Source: an uncultured Acidobacteriota bacterium (GTDB lineage: Bacteria > Acidobacteriota > UBA6911 > RPQK01 > JAPXNP01). From it: a stretch of 64,000 nt of DNA. Made by a program: the position numbers and the translations under genes. Within the stretch, counting starts at the first letter, position 1. Each line of letters opens with the position of its first letter. Below are positions 10,576 through 20,261 of this stretch, piece by piece. The DNA lies in NCBI GenBank assembly GCA_963777605.1, contig CAVZRV010000007.1, positions 864,001 through 928,000 of the forward strand, given 5' to 3'. The notes below the pieces were generated by a model that worked only from the letters and a program-made list of their open reading frames with translations, was not told the DNA's origin and ran no database searches.

Positions 10576-11961
10576 TCATTCTCCGGTCATGTGCCGGACA
10601 TCCAGGATGTCGTCCAATTCTCCCTCGCTCAGCATTCCTCTGGCGAGACAGATCTCGCGGATCGTGTTCCCGCTGCGATAAGCTTCTTTGGCAATCTCGG
10701 CTGCCTGATCGTACCCAATCTGGGGAACCAGCGCCGTGACCAGCGCCAGCGACCTTTCGACGAGTTCACGAGTACGGTCGAAGTCCGCCTGCAACCCGCG
10801 GATACACTTTTCGGCCAAGATCGAAGAGGCGTTTGAAAGAAGCTTGATCGATTGGAGCAGGTTATGCGCAATCACCGGAATCATCACGTTCAACTCGAAG
10901 TTTCCGGATTGTCCTCCGATAGTCACTGCGGCATCACATCCGATGACCTGGGCGGCCACCATGGCGGCCGACTCGGCAATTACGGGATTCACCTTTCCGG
11001 GCATGATGGAGCTTCCCGGCTGCGTGGGGGGAAGTCGAAGCTCACCAATTCCGCATCGAGGGCCTGAACCAAGCCAGCGCAGATCGTTGGCGATCTTGAG
11101 AAGGCTGACCGCCAGGGTCTTTAACATCCCACTCGCCTCGACCGCAGCATCCCGGGCCGCCAGCGATTCAAATCGATTGTCCGCCTCGCGGAATTCGATG
11201 CCCGTCCAATCCGAGATCTTGGTCACAACCCTTTCAGGAAAGCCTTCGGGACAGTTCAAGCCCGTCCCAACTGCGGTACCGCCAATTGCCAGTTCAGTGA
11301 GATGGCCTCGGGCGCCTCGGATACGCCGAACTGAGTGGGCCATCATTGATTCGTATCCGGAGAATTCCTGTCCCAACCGCACTGGCACCGCATCCTGCAG
11401 GTGGGTTCGACCAATTTTGACAATCTGGTCGAACTCCCGTGATTTCTCAGCCAAAGCTTCCTGGAGTTCCTGGATCGCCGGTAGAAGCAATCCATCGATT
11501 TCTACCATCGCGGCGATATGCAAGGCTGTGGGAATGACATCATTGCTCGACTGGCCCAGATTCACGTGGTCATTCGGGTGGATCTCACGACTTCCCAAAC
11601 GCCCTCCCCTGATCTCTATTGCTCGATTTGCAATCACCTCATTTGCGTTCATGTTGGTGGACGTTCCGGATCCGGTCTGGAAAATATCCACCACGAACTC
11701 CCGGTCCATCTTCCCTTCGATCACATCATCGGCTGCTGATTCGATAGCATCGGCGACCTCTGGACTCAGTAGACCCAATTCACGATTCGTCTCAGCTGCA
11801 GCTTTCTTGACGAGCCCGAGGGCTCGAATAAAGGGTCGAGAGAATCGAATTCCGCTGACCGGGAAGTTGAGAACAGCTCGCTGGGTTTGCGCTCCGTAAT
11901 AGGCCTTTGCAGGAACGCGGATCTCTCCCATGGAATCTCGCTCAATCCGATAATCGGTCAT
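10576..11961 (-). CDS. fumC: Class II fumarate hydratase
   Basis: QTGSGTSTNMNANEV, KIGRTHLQDA, GSSIMPGKVNP. Confidence 0.95.
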   Translation of the reverse strand: MTDYRIERDSMGEIRVPAKAYYGAQTQRAVLNFPVSGIRFSRPFIRALGLVKKAAAETNRELGLLSPEVADAIESAADDVIEGKMDREFVVDIFQTGSGTSTNMNANEVIANRAIEIRGGRLGSREIHPNDHVNLGQSSNDVIPTALHIAAMVEIDGLLLPAIQELQEALAEKSREFDQIVKIGRTHLQDAVPVRLGQEFSGYESMMAHSVRRIRGARGHLTELAIGGTAVGTGLNCPEGFPERVVTKISDWTGIEFREADNRFESLAARDAAVEASGMLKTLAVSLLKIANDLRWLGSGPRCGIGELRLPPTQPGSSIMPGKVNPVIAESAAMVAAQVIGCDAAVTIGGQSGNFELNVMIPVIAHNLLQSIKLLSNASSILAEKCIRGLQADFDRTRELVERSLALVTALVPQIGYDQAAEIAKEAYRSGNTIREICLARGMLSEGELDDILDVRHMTGE

Positions 11962-11972
11962 TGACGCACTCC

Positions 11973-13208
11973 TTAAACCAGCTCTCTGACCCCGTCCACG
12001 AGGCGCTCAACTTCTTCACCCGTGTTGTAGAGAGACATCCCCACCCGAACGAGACCGCCCGAGTCTGCCAGACCAAGCAATTCAACCGCGCGCGTCGCAT
12101 AGAAATCGCCGTCCCAGACCAGGAGCCCCTTGCGGGCAAGATGATCTGCAACCTCGGCCGGGGTCTTCCCGGCGATTCGAAGAGAAACCGTAGGTGCCCG
12201 GCGCGGAGAAGTGAAATCCGGACCGTACAGCTGTACGCCCGGAAGCTCGCACAGGCTCTGGTGGAATCCCTCCGCCAGGGCATGCTCGTGCCGCTCAACC
12301 CGTTCCATCGCCGAGACGATCCTGGTCCGTCGATCCGGACCCTCGCCCAGATCGGCGATGAAATCGATCGCGGCGGCGGCCCCGGCGATCGCTGCATGGT
12401 TCAATGTGCCGGTTTCGATTCGGTAAGGCGCCGAGTACTCCTGGGTCCTGAGGCGATCGGTATCCAATTGACCGAGGAGATTGGCGCGGGAGCAGAGGAT
12501 CCCTACATGAGGCCCATAGAATTTGTACGCCGAACAGAGCAGAAAATCGAAACCCTGGGCCTGGAAGTCGATGGGAAAGTGGGGAGCATAGTGGACGGCA
12601 TCGACCAGCAAGAAGGCGCCCACTTCCCAACTCCGGCGGCGGATGTAGCTCAGGTCGTTGACTGTCCCCAAAGCGTTTGAAGCCCAGCCCACCGCAACCA
12701 GTCGGGTGTGCTCATTGAGCTTGGCATCGAAGTCCCCGTAGTCCAGAACTCCCTGCTCCGTCATCCGGACCTCACGCACGATCATGCCGTGCTCGCGCAA
12801 GGTCAGCCAGGGCCCCCGGTTGGCCTCGTGATCGAGTTGAGTGATCAGGATCTCGTCCCCCGGCTGGAACCGGCGGGCGAAGGCCCGACTCAGAGAAAAG
12901 GCCAGGGTCGTCATGTTGGCGCCAAATGAAATAGCCTCCGGCCCGGATGCATTGAGTAACTCGGCACTCGCCAGCCGCGCCTGCTCGATTATCTGGTCCG
13001 ATTCCTTGCTGGTAATGAAGGCCCCATGGGTATTGGCGTTGCAGGTTTCGTAATAACGGCTCACTGCCTGGATCACGGATCGTGGGACCTGGCTCCCCCC
13101 CGGACCATCAAAATAGGCCAGCGGGACTCCGCCCAAGGTACGGTTCAGAGCGGGGAACTCGGCCCGTTTTTCCGCAAAACGGCCGATTGTCTCGTTGACT
13201 TCGGACAA
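11973..13208 (-). CDS. Cysteine desulfurase-like PLP enzyme (class V aminotransferase, VC1184-like subfamily)
   Basis: YFDGPGGSQVP, LDHEAN, VDAVHYAPH, CSAYKFYGPH. WDGDFYA replaces the RxGxHC catalytic-Cys loop. Confidence 0.85.
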   Translation of the reverse strand: MSEVNETIGRFAEKRAEFPALNRTLGGVPLAYFDGPGGSQVPRSVIQAVSRYYETCNANTHGAFITSKESDQIIEQARLASAELLNASGPEAISFGANMTTLAFSLSRAFARRFQPGDEILITQLDHEANRGPWLTLREHGMIVREVRMTEQGVLDYGDFDAKLNEHTRLVAVGWASNALGTVNDLSYIRRRSWEVGAFLLVDAVHYAPHFPIDFQAQGFDFLLCSAYKFYGPHVGILCSRANLLGQLDTDRLRTQEYSAPYRIETGTLNHAAIAGAAAAIDFIADLGEGPDRRTRIVSAMERVERHEHALAEGFHQSLCELPGVQLYGPDFTSPRRAPTVSLRIAGKTPAEVADHLARKGLLVWDGDFYATRAVELLGLADSGGLVRVGMSLYNTGEEVERLVDGVRELV

Positions 13209-13271
13209 GTCTCAATCCTTTCCTGTGCCGGGCGTGCCCCGATCAGTTTGACAGGCCGCCCAGGGCACGAC

Positions 13272-13706
13272 TCATTGGGGTGCTGCCGACGACTCCATTT
13301 GCTCAAGGTAGGCCGTCAAATCCAGCAACTGGTTCACCGTCAGGCGATCACCGTAGTTGGACATACGCGACCCCCTCCCGCTCATTACGACCTCGTCGCC
13401 AACCGTTATGCCCGGTGGCGGCTCCGGCGTCGCGAACTGGTGAGAGGGCGCGATAATCGACTCAACCAGATAAGTCCTGGCGTGAGTCTTCCCGGTTGCA
13501 CCCAAGGCAACATAGGTGGGTGTGATCGTGGTGGGAGCCGGGTATTCGGAACCTTTAACCTCGTGGCAGCCGTTGCACTGCATCTCGGTAAAAACGACCT
13601 TCCCGGCATCGGGATCACCGTCCGGGAGATAGAGCGACTCGACTTTGCTTCCGCAGCCAATTAGGGAAATTGAAGTGGCGAAGATAAGTGCCAGTTTCAC
13701 CTTCAT
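13272..13706 (-). CDS. Monoheme cytochrome c lipoprotein
   Basis: Lipobox-like LIGC, CNGCH heme motif, ESIIAPSH, distal Met in SRMSNY. Confidence 0.8.
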   Translation of the reverse strand: MKVKLALIFATSISLIGCGSKVESLYLPDGDPDAGKVVFTEMQCNGCHEVKGSEYPAPTTITPTYVALGATGKTHARTYLVESIIAPSHQFATPEPPPGITVGDEVVMSGRGSRMSNYGDRLTVNQLLDLTAYLEQMESSAAPQ

Positions 13707-14143
13707 GGGAACCCTCCTTCCAGACCCCTGGCAGATGACTGTTCCTCTGCCCAATATTGTATGGGACTGGAAAACAAATGTGGACAACTAATGCCAATTC
13801 TTTACCTTGCCCTCTCAGTTGTAAAGAGTCTGGAACGCTTCTGAAATCCGACCAGGCCGGTGCTCCGTCTCCGAACTCTCCTCTTCGACCGGTCGTTATT
13901 TGGCCTCTCCTAGGCAAATGCTTCCAGTTCGAATTGATCATTTGTGCAAATTCCAGAACTTCTCAACCCGGGCAGGGAAATGATGTTAAGCTTCGTGTTT
14001 GATCACGACTGGGTACTCTTGGTAATCTTCCGGTGGCAAATTGTCGATTACCCGGTTCAGAGTGTAAATGCCCACAAAATCGGCGTTGTTCTGAGAGGAA
14101 CGGGACTGGCTATGTCCGGGTGTTGGCGACAGGAACTTGATCG

Positions 14144-15172
14144 ATGAAGATTCTGAGTATTGGTTACGCTCTCCCTAGCAAGCGAGTAGGCAACGAAGAG
14201 CTGGTTGCCGAGATCCTCGAACGCAACAGCGAGCACCTCTCCCCGAAGGAGAGCGCCGAATTCGAGGAGATGATCTGGCGATTCTTCAGCATGTCCGGCA
14301 CCCAATACCGGTTTCATCGAAACAACGGCGAGAAGGCACTGGAGTTTGCTATCCAGGCCGGTCAGTCCGCCCTGGAGAAGGCCGGAAAGAAGCCGGAAGA
14401 CGTGGACCTGCTGATCTACGCGGGCGTCGGCCGGGGATGGGTCGAGCCGGCAACGGCCAACTTGTTTCAGAGTGAGTTGGGGCTCACTTCGGCGACCTGT
14501 TTTGACGTTCTCGATGCCTGTGCGAGCTGGATTCGAAGCCTCTCGATCGCACGCAGCTTCCTCGCGCAGAAGATGTACAAGCTGGTGATGATCCTCAACT
14601 GCGAGTTCAACTTCAGAGAATACGCCAATTTCGAGATCCGTAACGCCGCCGAGCTGGAGAATTCGTTCTCAGCCTTCACGATTGGTGAAGCGGCCACCGC
14701 GACTCTGGTTGAGTCCACGGAAGCGGACGACTCCGAGTTCACTTTCAAGACTTGGGGGGACAAGCATAGCCTGTGCAAGATCACCCTCCCGAACGCGAGC
14801 GATTTCTCCCCCAACGGGGAACACCTGCGACCGATGTCTTTTTTCACTGCCCCCGCGGAACTCCTCTCCTTCACAGTTCGCAAGCTCGTCGCGCATTTCA
14901 GGGAAACGCAGTCACTTGCGGGAAAGGCTTACGACATCATCATCGGGCACGCTGTCAGCGTTGCCTCGACCATGAAGGCCGCCAAGATGATGGGCCTCGA
15001 CACCAGCCGGGTGTTCGAAACCCACGCCCGCTTCGGCAACACGGTATCCGCTTCGCTTCCACTTGGGCTCGCTGTTGCGGAAGCCGAGGGTAAGCTGGTC
15101 AGGGGAAATCGGGTGCTGCTGGTAATGGGCAGTGCGGGGGTGACGACCGCGCTGGCCTCATTTGAATACTGA
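14144..15172 (+). CDS. oleA: OleA-like thiolase/KAS III condensing enzyme
   Basis: VEPATA (OleA Glu), FDVLDAC (Cys), IGHAVS (His), FGNTVSAS (Asn); first gene of an ABCD-order cluster. Confidence 0.72.
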   Translation: MKILSIGYALPSKRVGNEELVAEILERNSEHLSPKESAEFEEMIWRFFSMSGTQYRFHRNNGEKALEFAIQAGQSALEKAGKKPEDVDLLIYAGVGRGWVEPATANLFQSELGLTSATCFDVLDACASWIRSLSIARSFLAQKMYKLVMILNCEFNFREYANFEIRNAAELENSFSAFTIGEAATATLVESTEADDSEFTFKTWGDKHSLCKITLPNASDFSPNGEHLRPMSFFTAPAELLSFTVRKLVAHFRETQSLAGKAYDIIIGHAVSVASTMKAAKMMGLDTSRVFETHARFGNTVSASLPLGLAVAEAEGKLVRGNRVLLVMGSAGVTTALASFEY

Positions 15173-15186
15173 AGCCCGGTCGAGGA

Positions 15187-16113
15187 ATGCCGGAATCGTA
15201 CCCACCAGAAAGCGCAAGCCTCTCCGCCATCCCGCAACGGATTGGTTCCCTCTACAATTTCCGTTCCCACTTCTTCAATCTTGGCAGGTATCGCCTGCAC
15301 TACCTGGACGAGGGTTCGGGAAAACCCGTTCTCCTTCTCCACGGTAACCCCTCCTGGTCCTTCATGTACCGGGACTTGGTTCGTGAGCTGCGTCCTTTCT
15401 GCAGGGCGATCGCTCCAGATCATCTCGGCTGCGGGCTTTCGTCCGTTCCCAGCGAGGAGGACTACTCATTCACCCTGGACCGCCGGGTAGAAGACCTTGG
15501 TCGTTTTATCGACTCCCTGGCTCTGACCGAGCCCTTCGATCTTGTCATGCACGACTGGGGTGGGCTGATTGGGACCGCATGGGCGGTCCGGAATCCCGAG
15601 CGTGTCGCCCGTCTTGTCGTCCTCAACACAGCCGCTTTTCGGGTCCCTCCGCAGCGACGACTTCACTGGACACTTCGCATCTGCACCCGGTCGAGGCTGG
15701 CGGCCCTTCTCATCCGCGGGGCAAACGCATTTTCCATGGCCGCCGTCCGACTCGGCACGCGAAGAGCGCTGCCCGCGGCAGTAAAGGAAGGCTATCTGGC
15801 TCCTTATTCCGACTGGGAGCACCGTATCGCTGTGCTTCGGTTCGTTCAGGACATACCGCTCGATTCCACGCACCCATCGTTTGAGACTGTTCTGGAGACT
15901 GAACGTGGACTGGGGTTCTTGTCCGGGCACCCCCTGCTGATTTGCTGGGGAATGGGTGATTTCATTTTCGACAACGGGTTCCTCGACCGCTGGATCAAGT
16001 TCTTTCCGCAGGCCCGGGTTCACCGGTTTCCCGAGGCCGGCCACTACGTGCTCGAGGACGCCGGAGACCGCGTCATACCCTTGATCAAGGAGTTTCTGCA
16101 GGAGAGAGCTTGA
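15187..16113 (+). CDS. oleB: OleB-like alpha/beta hydrolase (beta-lactone decarboxylase, haloalkane dehalogenase fold)
   Basis: HGNPSWS, HDWGG, RFVQDIP, AGHYVLED. Confidence 0.85.
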   Translation: MPESYPPESASLSAIPQRIGSLYNFRSHFFNLGRYRLHYLDEGSGKPVLLLHGNPSWSFMYRDLVRELRPFCRAIAPDHLGCGLSSVPSEEDYSFTLDRRVEDLGRFIDSLALTEPFDLVMHDWGGLIGTAWAVRNPERVARLVVLNTAAFRVPPQRRLHWTLRICTRSRLAALLIRGANAFSMAAVRLGTRRALPAAVKEGYLAPYSDWEHRIAVLRFVQDIPLDSTHPSFETVLETERGLGFLSGHPLLICWGMGDFIFDNGFLDRWIKFFPQARVHRFPEAGHYVLEDAGDRVIPLIKEFLQERA

Positions 16114-17744
16114 CCGAAAGCACCATGAACACGGTTGCCGATCATCTCCGATCGCGAGCCAGTGACAGCCCCGACCGGCCGGCACTGATCAGTCCAGGGG
16201 GAAATCTGACCTATGCCGAGCTGGATCGACTGAGTGACTGGTTTGCGTCCGCGCTTGCGTCTCTGGGAACCCGGAAGGGAAGCCGGGTCGCCCTGTTGGT
16301 GACGCCCGGGCCTGAGTTGATCACCATCGCATTCTCTCTTGTCAAGATGGGTGCGATTCCTGTGCTGGTTGATCCGGGTATCGGCCGGCGCAACCTGCGC
16401 CGGTGCCTCGACGAGGCCGAACCGGAGCTGTTCATTGGTATCCCCGTTGCCGTTTGGGCTTCCCTCCTGCTGGGCTGGGGCCGGAAATCGCTCTCGGGGC
16501 GGATCGTGGTCGGCCGGTTTGGTCCGCCGGGCTGCCAAACCTATCAGCATCTCCTCGAACTCGGGAAGAACCGCCCTTTTCCCAGGACGGAGGTCCTTCC
16601 AGAGGATCCTGCAGCGATCGCGTTCACCTCGGGCAGCACCGGTCCCCCGAAAGGCGTGGTGTTCACCCATTCCATGTTTACAGCCCAGGCAATGCTACTC
16701 AGGGACGCATTTGATATTCGGCCGGGAGAGGTTGACCTTGCCACTTTTCCCCTGTTTGCACTCTACGATCCTGCTATCCAGATGACGACCGTCTTCCCGG
16801 AAATGGACTTCACCCGGCCCGGACAGGTGGATCCCACCAAAATCATCAGCGCCCTCCAGGATCACGGGGTTACTCACATGTTCGGCTCCCCGGCGCTTCT
16901 CGATCGCCTTGGGCGCCACATCGAGCGTGAGAAGATCGCACTTCACGGCCTCAAGAGGGTCCTCTCGGCGGGCGCACCCGTGTCGCCCGAAATCGCACGG
17001 CGCCTGGCCGGATCGCTGTCTCCGTCCGCGGAGATTCACACGCCGTACGGCGCCACCGAAGGCCTCCCGCTGACTTCGATTTCGTACCGGGAACGATCCT
17101 TGCTCGGAGGAACAGAAGCCGGACGAGGAGTCTGTGTGGGAAAGGCACTGCCCGGAGTTCATCTGGCGGTCGTCCAGATTACCGATGACGCCATCGACGG
17201 CTGGTCCGACGCGCTGTTGGTTCCTCCCGGCGAGGTCGGCGAACTGGTGGCCTGGGGACCAAACGTCTCTGCAGAATACTTCCGACGTACTGAGGCAAAT
17301 CGTCTCGCGAAGATTCCCGACGGCTCTTTCATTCGGCACAGGATGGGTGACCTGGGCTACCTGGACGAGAATGGCCGTTTCTGGTTCTGCGGTCGAAAAG
17401 CGCACCGGGTCGAAACAGACGGAGGCCCGCTCTTCAGCGTGATGGTGGAGGGGGTATTTAATCAGCACAAGGACCTCTATCGAACCGCCCTTGTGGGAAT
17501 CGGGAGTCGCCCGAACCAGCGCCCGGTTCTCTGCGTCGAGCTCGAGCCGGCAGCGCTCAAGTCGGATCGAACTCGGATTATCGCGGAACTCCGGCAACTG
17601 GGCGCCCAAGTAGAATGCGCCCGTCCGGTTGAGACGTTCCTGTTCCATCACGGCTTTCCAGTGGACATCCGGCACAATGCCAAGATCTTTCGGGAGAAAC
17701 TTGCTTTATGGGCCGAGAAACAGCTGCTCAAACTGCCCTCGTGA
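16110..17744 (+). CDS. oleC: OleC-like AMP-forming enzyme (beta-lactone synthetase)
   Basis: FTSGSTGPPKG, DLATFPLFAL, TPYGATE, HRMGDLG, WFCGRKAHRV, VDIRHNAKIFREKL. Confidence 0.88.
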   Translation: MTESTMNTVADHLRSRASDSPDRPALISPGGNLTYAELDRLSDWFASALASLGTRKGSRVALLVTPGPELITIAFSLVKMGAIPVLVDPGIGRRNLRRCLDEAEPELFIGIPVAVWASLLLGWGRKSLSGRIVVGRFGPPGCQTYQHLLELGKNRPFPRTEVLPEDPAAIAFTSGSTGPPKGVVFTHSMFTAQAMLLRDAFDIRPGEVDLATFPLFALYDPAIQMTTVFPEMDFTRPGQVDPTKIISALQDHGVTHMFGSPALLDRLGRHIEREKIALHGLKRVLSAGAPVSPEIARRLAGSLSPSAEIHTPYGATEGLPLTSISYRERSLLGGTEAGRGVCVGKALPGVHLAVVQITDDAIDGWSDALLVPPGEVGELVAWGPNVSAEYFRRTEANRLAKIPDGSFIRHRMGDLGYLDENGRFWFCGRKAHRVETDGGPLFSVMVEGVFNQHKDLYRTALVGIGSRPNQRPVLCVELEPAALKSDRTRIIAELRQLGAQVECARPVETFLFHHGFPVDIRHNAKIFREKLALWAEKQLLKLPS

Positions 17745-18724
17745 CCGGTGCCGGGGGGTTCCTCGGTGGCGCCGTCGCCCGAATGCTGGTCGCGAAGGGG
17801 ATGAAAGTGAAGTCCTTCTCGCGGCGCAACTACTCGGCACTTTCCCAGTTTGGAATTGATCACATTCAGGGGGACCTGAACGACCGACGGGCCGTCGAAC
17901 GGGCCTGCCGAGGTGCTGATATTGTTTTCCATGCCGCGGCCAAGGCCGGAATTTGGGGAGCATACGAGGACTTTTACAAGGCTAATGTCGTCGGCACCCG
18001 AAACATTCTGTCTGCCTGCCGTGACCACGGGATCGATCGACTGGTCTACACCAGTTCACCGAGCGTGATCTTCAACGGTCAAGATATGGAGGGCGTCAAC
18101 GAGACTGTCCCCTTCCCAGATCATTACAAGGCCGCCTATCCCGAAACCAAAGCCGAGGCTGAACGACTCATACTCGCTGCAAACTGCCCGGAACTTGCTA
18201 CAGTGAGTCTCCGTCCTCACCTGATCTGGGGACCGGGCGATACGCAGCTCGTCCCTGGCATCCTGGACCGCGCCCGCTCTGGGCAGTTGCGACAGATCGG
18301 GCCGGCTAACAAGTTGGTCGATTTTACCTATATCGATAACGCGGCTCATGCCCACTGCTGTGCCGCTGAGCACCTGACTCCCGGATCGGCAGCAGCGGGA
18401 CGGGCTTTCTTTATCTCCCAGGGAGAGCCCATGCCCCTCTGGAATTTTGTAAATAGACTCCTGGAGTGCGATGGCCTCCCCAAGATCAGCAGGAAGATTC
18501 CACGCAATTTGGCCTACGTGGTTGGGGCAATCCTTGAGTCAGCCTATCGCCTGTTGCCGCTGCGAGGAGAGCCCCGCCTGACGCGCTTTCTGGTTGAGGA
18601 ACTCTCAACAGCGCACTGGTTCGATATCACTGCGGCCCGGGAGACGATTGGCTACCGCCCCCAGGTCTCGATGGAAGAAGGCTTTCAACGTCTGGCGGTA
18701 TCGCTGCGGCAGGAGAGCCACTGA
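17708..18724 (+). CDS. oleD: OleD-like NAD(P)-dependent 3-oxo reductase (3beta-HSD family)
   Basis: LVTGAGGFLG, HAAAKAGIWG, YTSSPSV, YPETK, LRPHLIWGPGD. Confidence 0.88.
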   Translation: MGRETAAQTALVTGAGGFLGGAVARMLVAKGMKVKSFSRRNYSALSQFGIDHIQGDLNDRRAVERACRGADIVFHAAAKAGIWGAYEDFYKANVVGTRNILSACRDHGIDRLVYTSSPSVIFNGQDMEGVNETVPFPDHYKAAYPETKAEAERLILAANCPELATVSLRPHLIWGPGDTQLVPGILDRARSGQLRQIGPANKLVDFTYIDNAAHAHCCAAEHLTPGSAAAGRAFFISQGEPMPLWNFVNRLLECDGLPKISRKIPRNLAYVVGAILESAYRLLPLRGEPRLTRFLVEELSTAHWFDITAARETIGYRPQVSMEEGFQRLAVSLRQESH

Positions 18725-18887
18725 CCTTGTCCAACATCGAACCGGGTCCTTTCCGGTTACGGGCAGAATCGCTCCTGCCGGGAGAACTGACACTTCGTCG
18801 GCTTGTCGACTTTTCTTTCGGCCAGCCGCTGGGTAATGTATGCGGGATAGAATTTAGTGACAAGCTCATGAAACAGGAGAGTGATTC

Positions 18888-19178
18888 ATGCCCCTGACTG
18901 TTATTGCATTCATAAAGTCCAAGCCTGGAAAAGAAAAGGAAGTCGAAGAGACTCTGCGTGGTTTGATTCCGCCAACACGATCGGAGGCAGGCTGCATCAA
19001 TTACAATCTCCATCAGTCGCAGATTGAAAAGGGTCTTTTCATGTTCTACGAGAACTGGACCAGCCGCGAAACCCTTGACGAACACCTGGCTACACCCTAT
19101 CTCGATGACTTCCTGTCAAAGGTGGACGATCTTCTGGATCGCCCGGTCGATATCCAGCTTTTTGACAAGCTTGACTAA
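18888..19178 (+). CDS. Putative quinol monooxygenase (ABM domain)
   Basis: TRSEAGCINYNLH, FMFYENW, HLATPY. Confidence 0.85.
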   Translation: MPLTVIAFIKSKPGKEKEVEETLRGLIPPTRSEAGCINYNLHQSQIEKGLFMFYENWTSRETLDEHLATPYLDDFLSKVDDLLDRPVDIQLFDKLD

Positions 19179-19340
19179 TAGAACGTTCCGTTTTGCTCTT
19201 GTGCCCATCAAGTGCTAAATTAGGCTGTAACTGTCTGCTGTTGCGCATTTTCCCGGCAATCAGGCCATGTCAAATGAAGACAGGGTTGAAGAGCTCCAGC
19301 GGGCCGCTCCGGCACTTTGATACAGCGCGAGGTACTCATA

Positions 19341-19778
19341 ATGATGAAAACGGTTCACGAAATTCTGGCCCGCAAGGGCGATGAAATCCACTCCGTCACT
19401 CCCGAGAGTACGATTTACGAGGCTCTCAAACTGATGGCCGAGAAAAATATCGGCGCCGTGCTGGTACTCTCGGACGACCAGATCGAAGGAATCTTCTCTG
19501 AGCGCGATTACGCCCGCAAGGTCATTCTGAAAGGCAAGGCCTCACGGGAGACAACGGTCGGAGAAGCCATGACGACGAGGGTGGCTTTCGTGCGGCCTGA
19601 TCAGAGCGTCGAAGATTGCATGGCACTGATGACTGACATGCGCATCCGTCATCTGCCGGTCATGCAGGAAGACAAGCTGATCGGAGTCGTGTCCATCGGA
19701 GACATTGTCCAGGCTAAGATTTCGGAACAGCAGTACATGATCGAGCAGCTGGAGAATTACATCACCGGCGTCCGCTAA
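19341..19778 (+). CDS. CBS-domain protein
   Basis: GIFSERDY, IRHLPV, VSIGDIV, YIT C-terminus. Confidence 0.9.
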   Translation: MMKTVHEILARKGDEIHSVTPESTIYEALKLMAEKNIGAVLVLSDDQIEGIFSERDYARKVILKGKASRETTVGEAMTTRVAFVRPDQSVEDCMALMTDMRIRHLPVMQEDKLIGVVSIGDIVQAKISEQQYMIEQLENYITGVR

Positions 19779-20261
19779 GCGGTCCGCGACTGTTGCCTGA
19801 TTCTTTGCGTCTTCGGTCGAGGAGTTTCCTGACCCGGCCGAAACCCGGGAAACACTGAAGGGGCCATTTCAAGCAACCAAATGAACCTGCGGAACCCAAG
19901 TCAGCCTGGACCGGAGCCCCATCCGTCAAGAGGAGCGCGACCAGGAGTTCCTCCCTTTCATCTTCAATAGACTGAAACTTCCGGCAGGAGACCGGAGCGA
20001 GAAGCGTGAATGGTCCCGAGCTCCGGGATGAAAGCATTGAAAGCGGACCCACAATTAACCGACCTGGGAAACCCTGCTCCGTTGGCGCGGAGCTTGGCTG
20101 CGCTCCCCAGTTTCACCGCCTGAATGGTCCGACCCCGCGGGGGCCGTCCTGAGCTGAAACCTTTTCCAGCCTGGAAAAGGGCCGCGCTTGCTGATGCCGG
20201 TCACCCATAGATAGAATTCCCTCTGGACAACCTGTTTTCGATTATTGACTTGGAGGTTCTC

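Noticed and set aside
10736-11899. 387-aa plus-strand ORF
   Set aside because: Antisense shadow of fumC; Ser/Ala/Pro-rich with no motifs.
19925-20050. Lysine, SAM-I or glycine riboswitch upstream of rocD (AGAGGAGCG, GGAGA)
   Set aside because: Only short 5' fragments match; the downstream conserved elements are missing.
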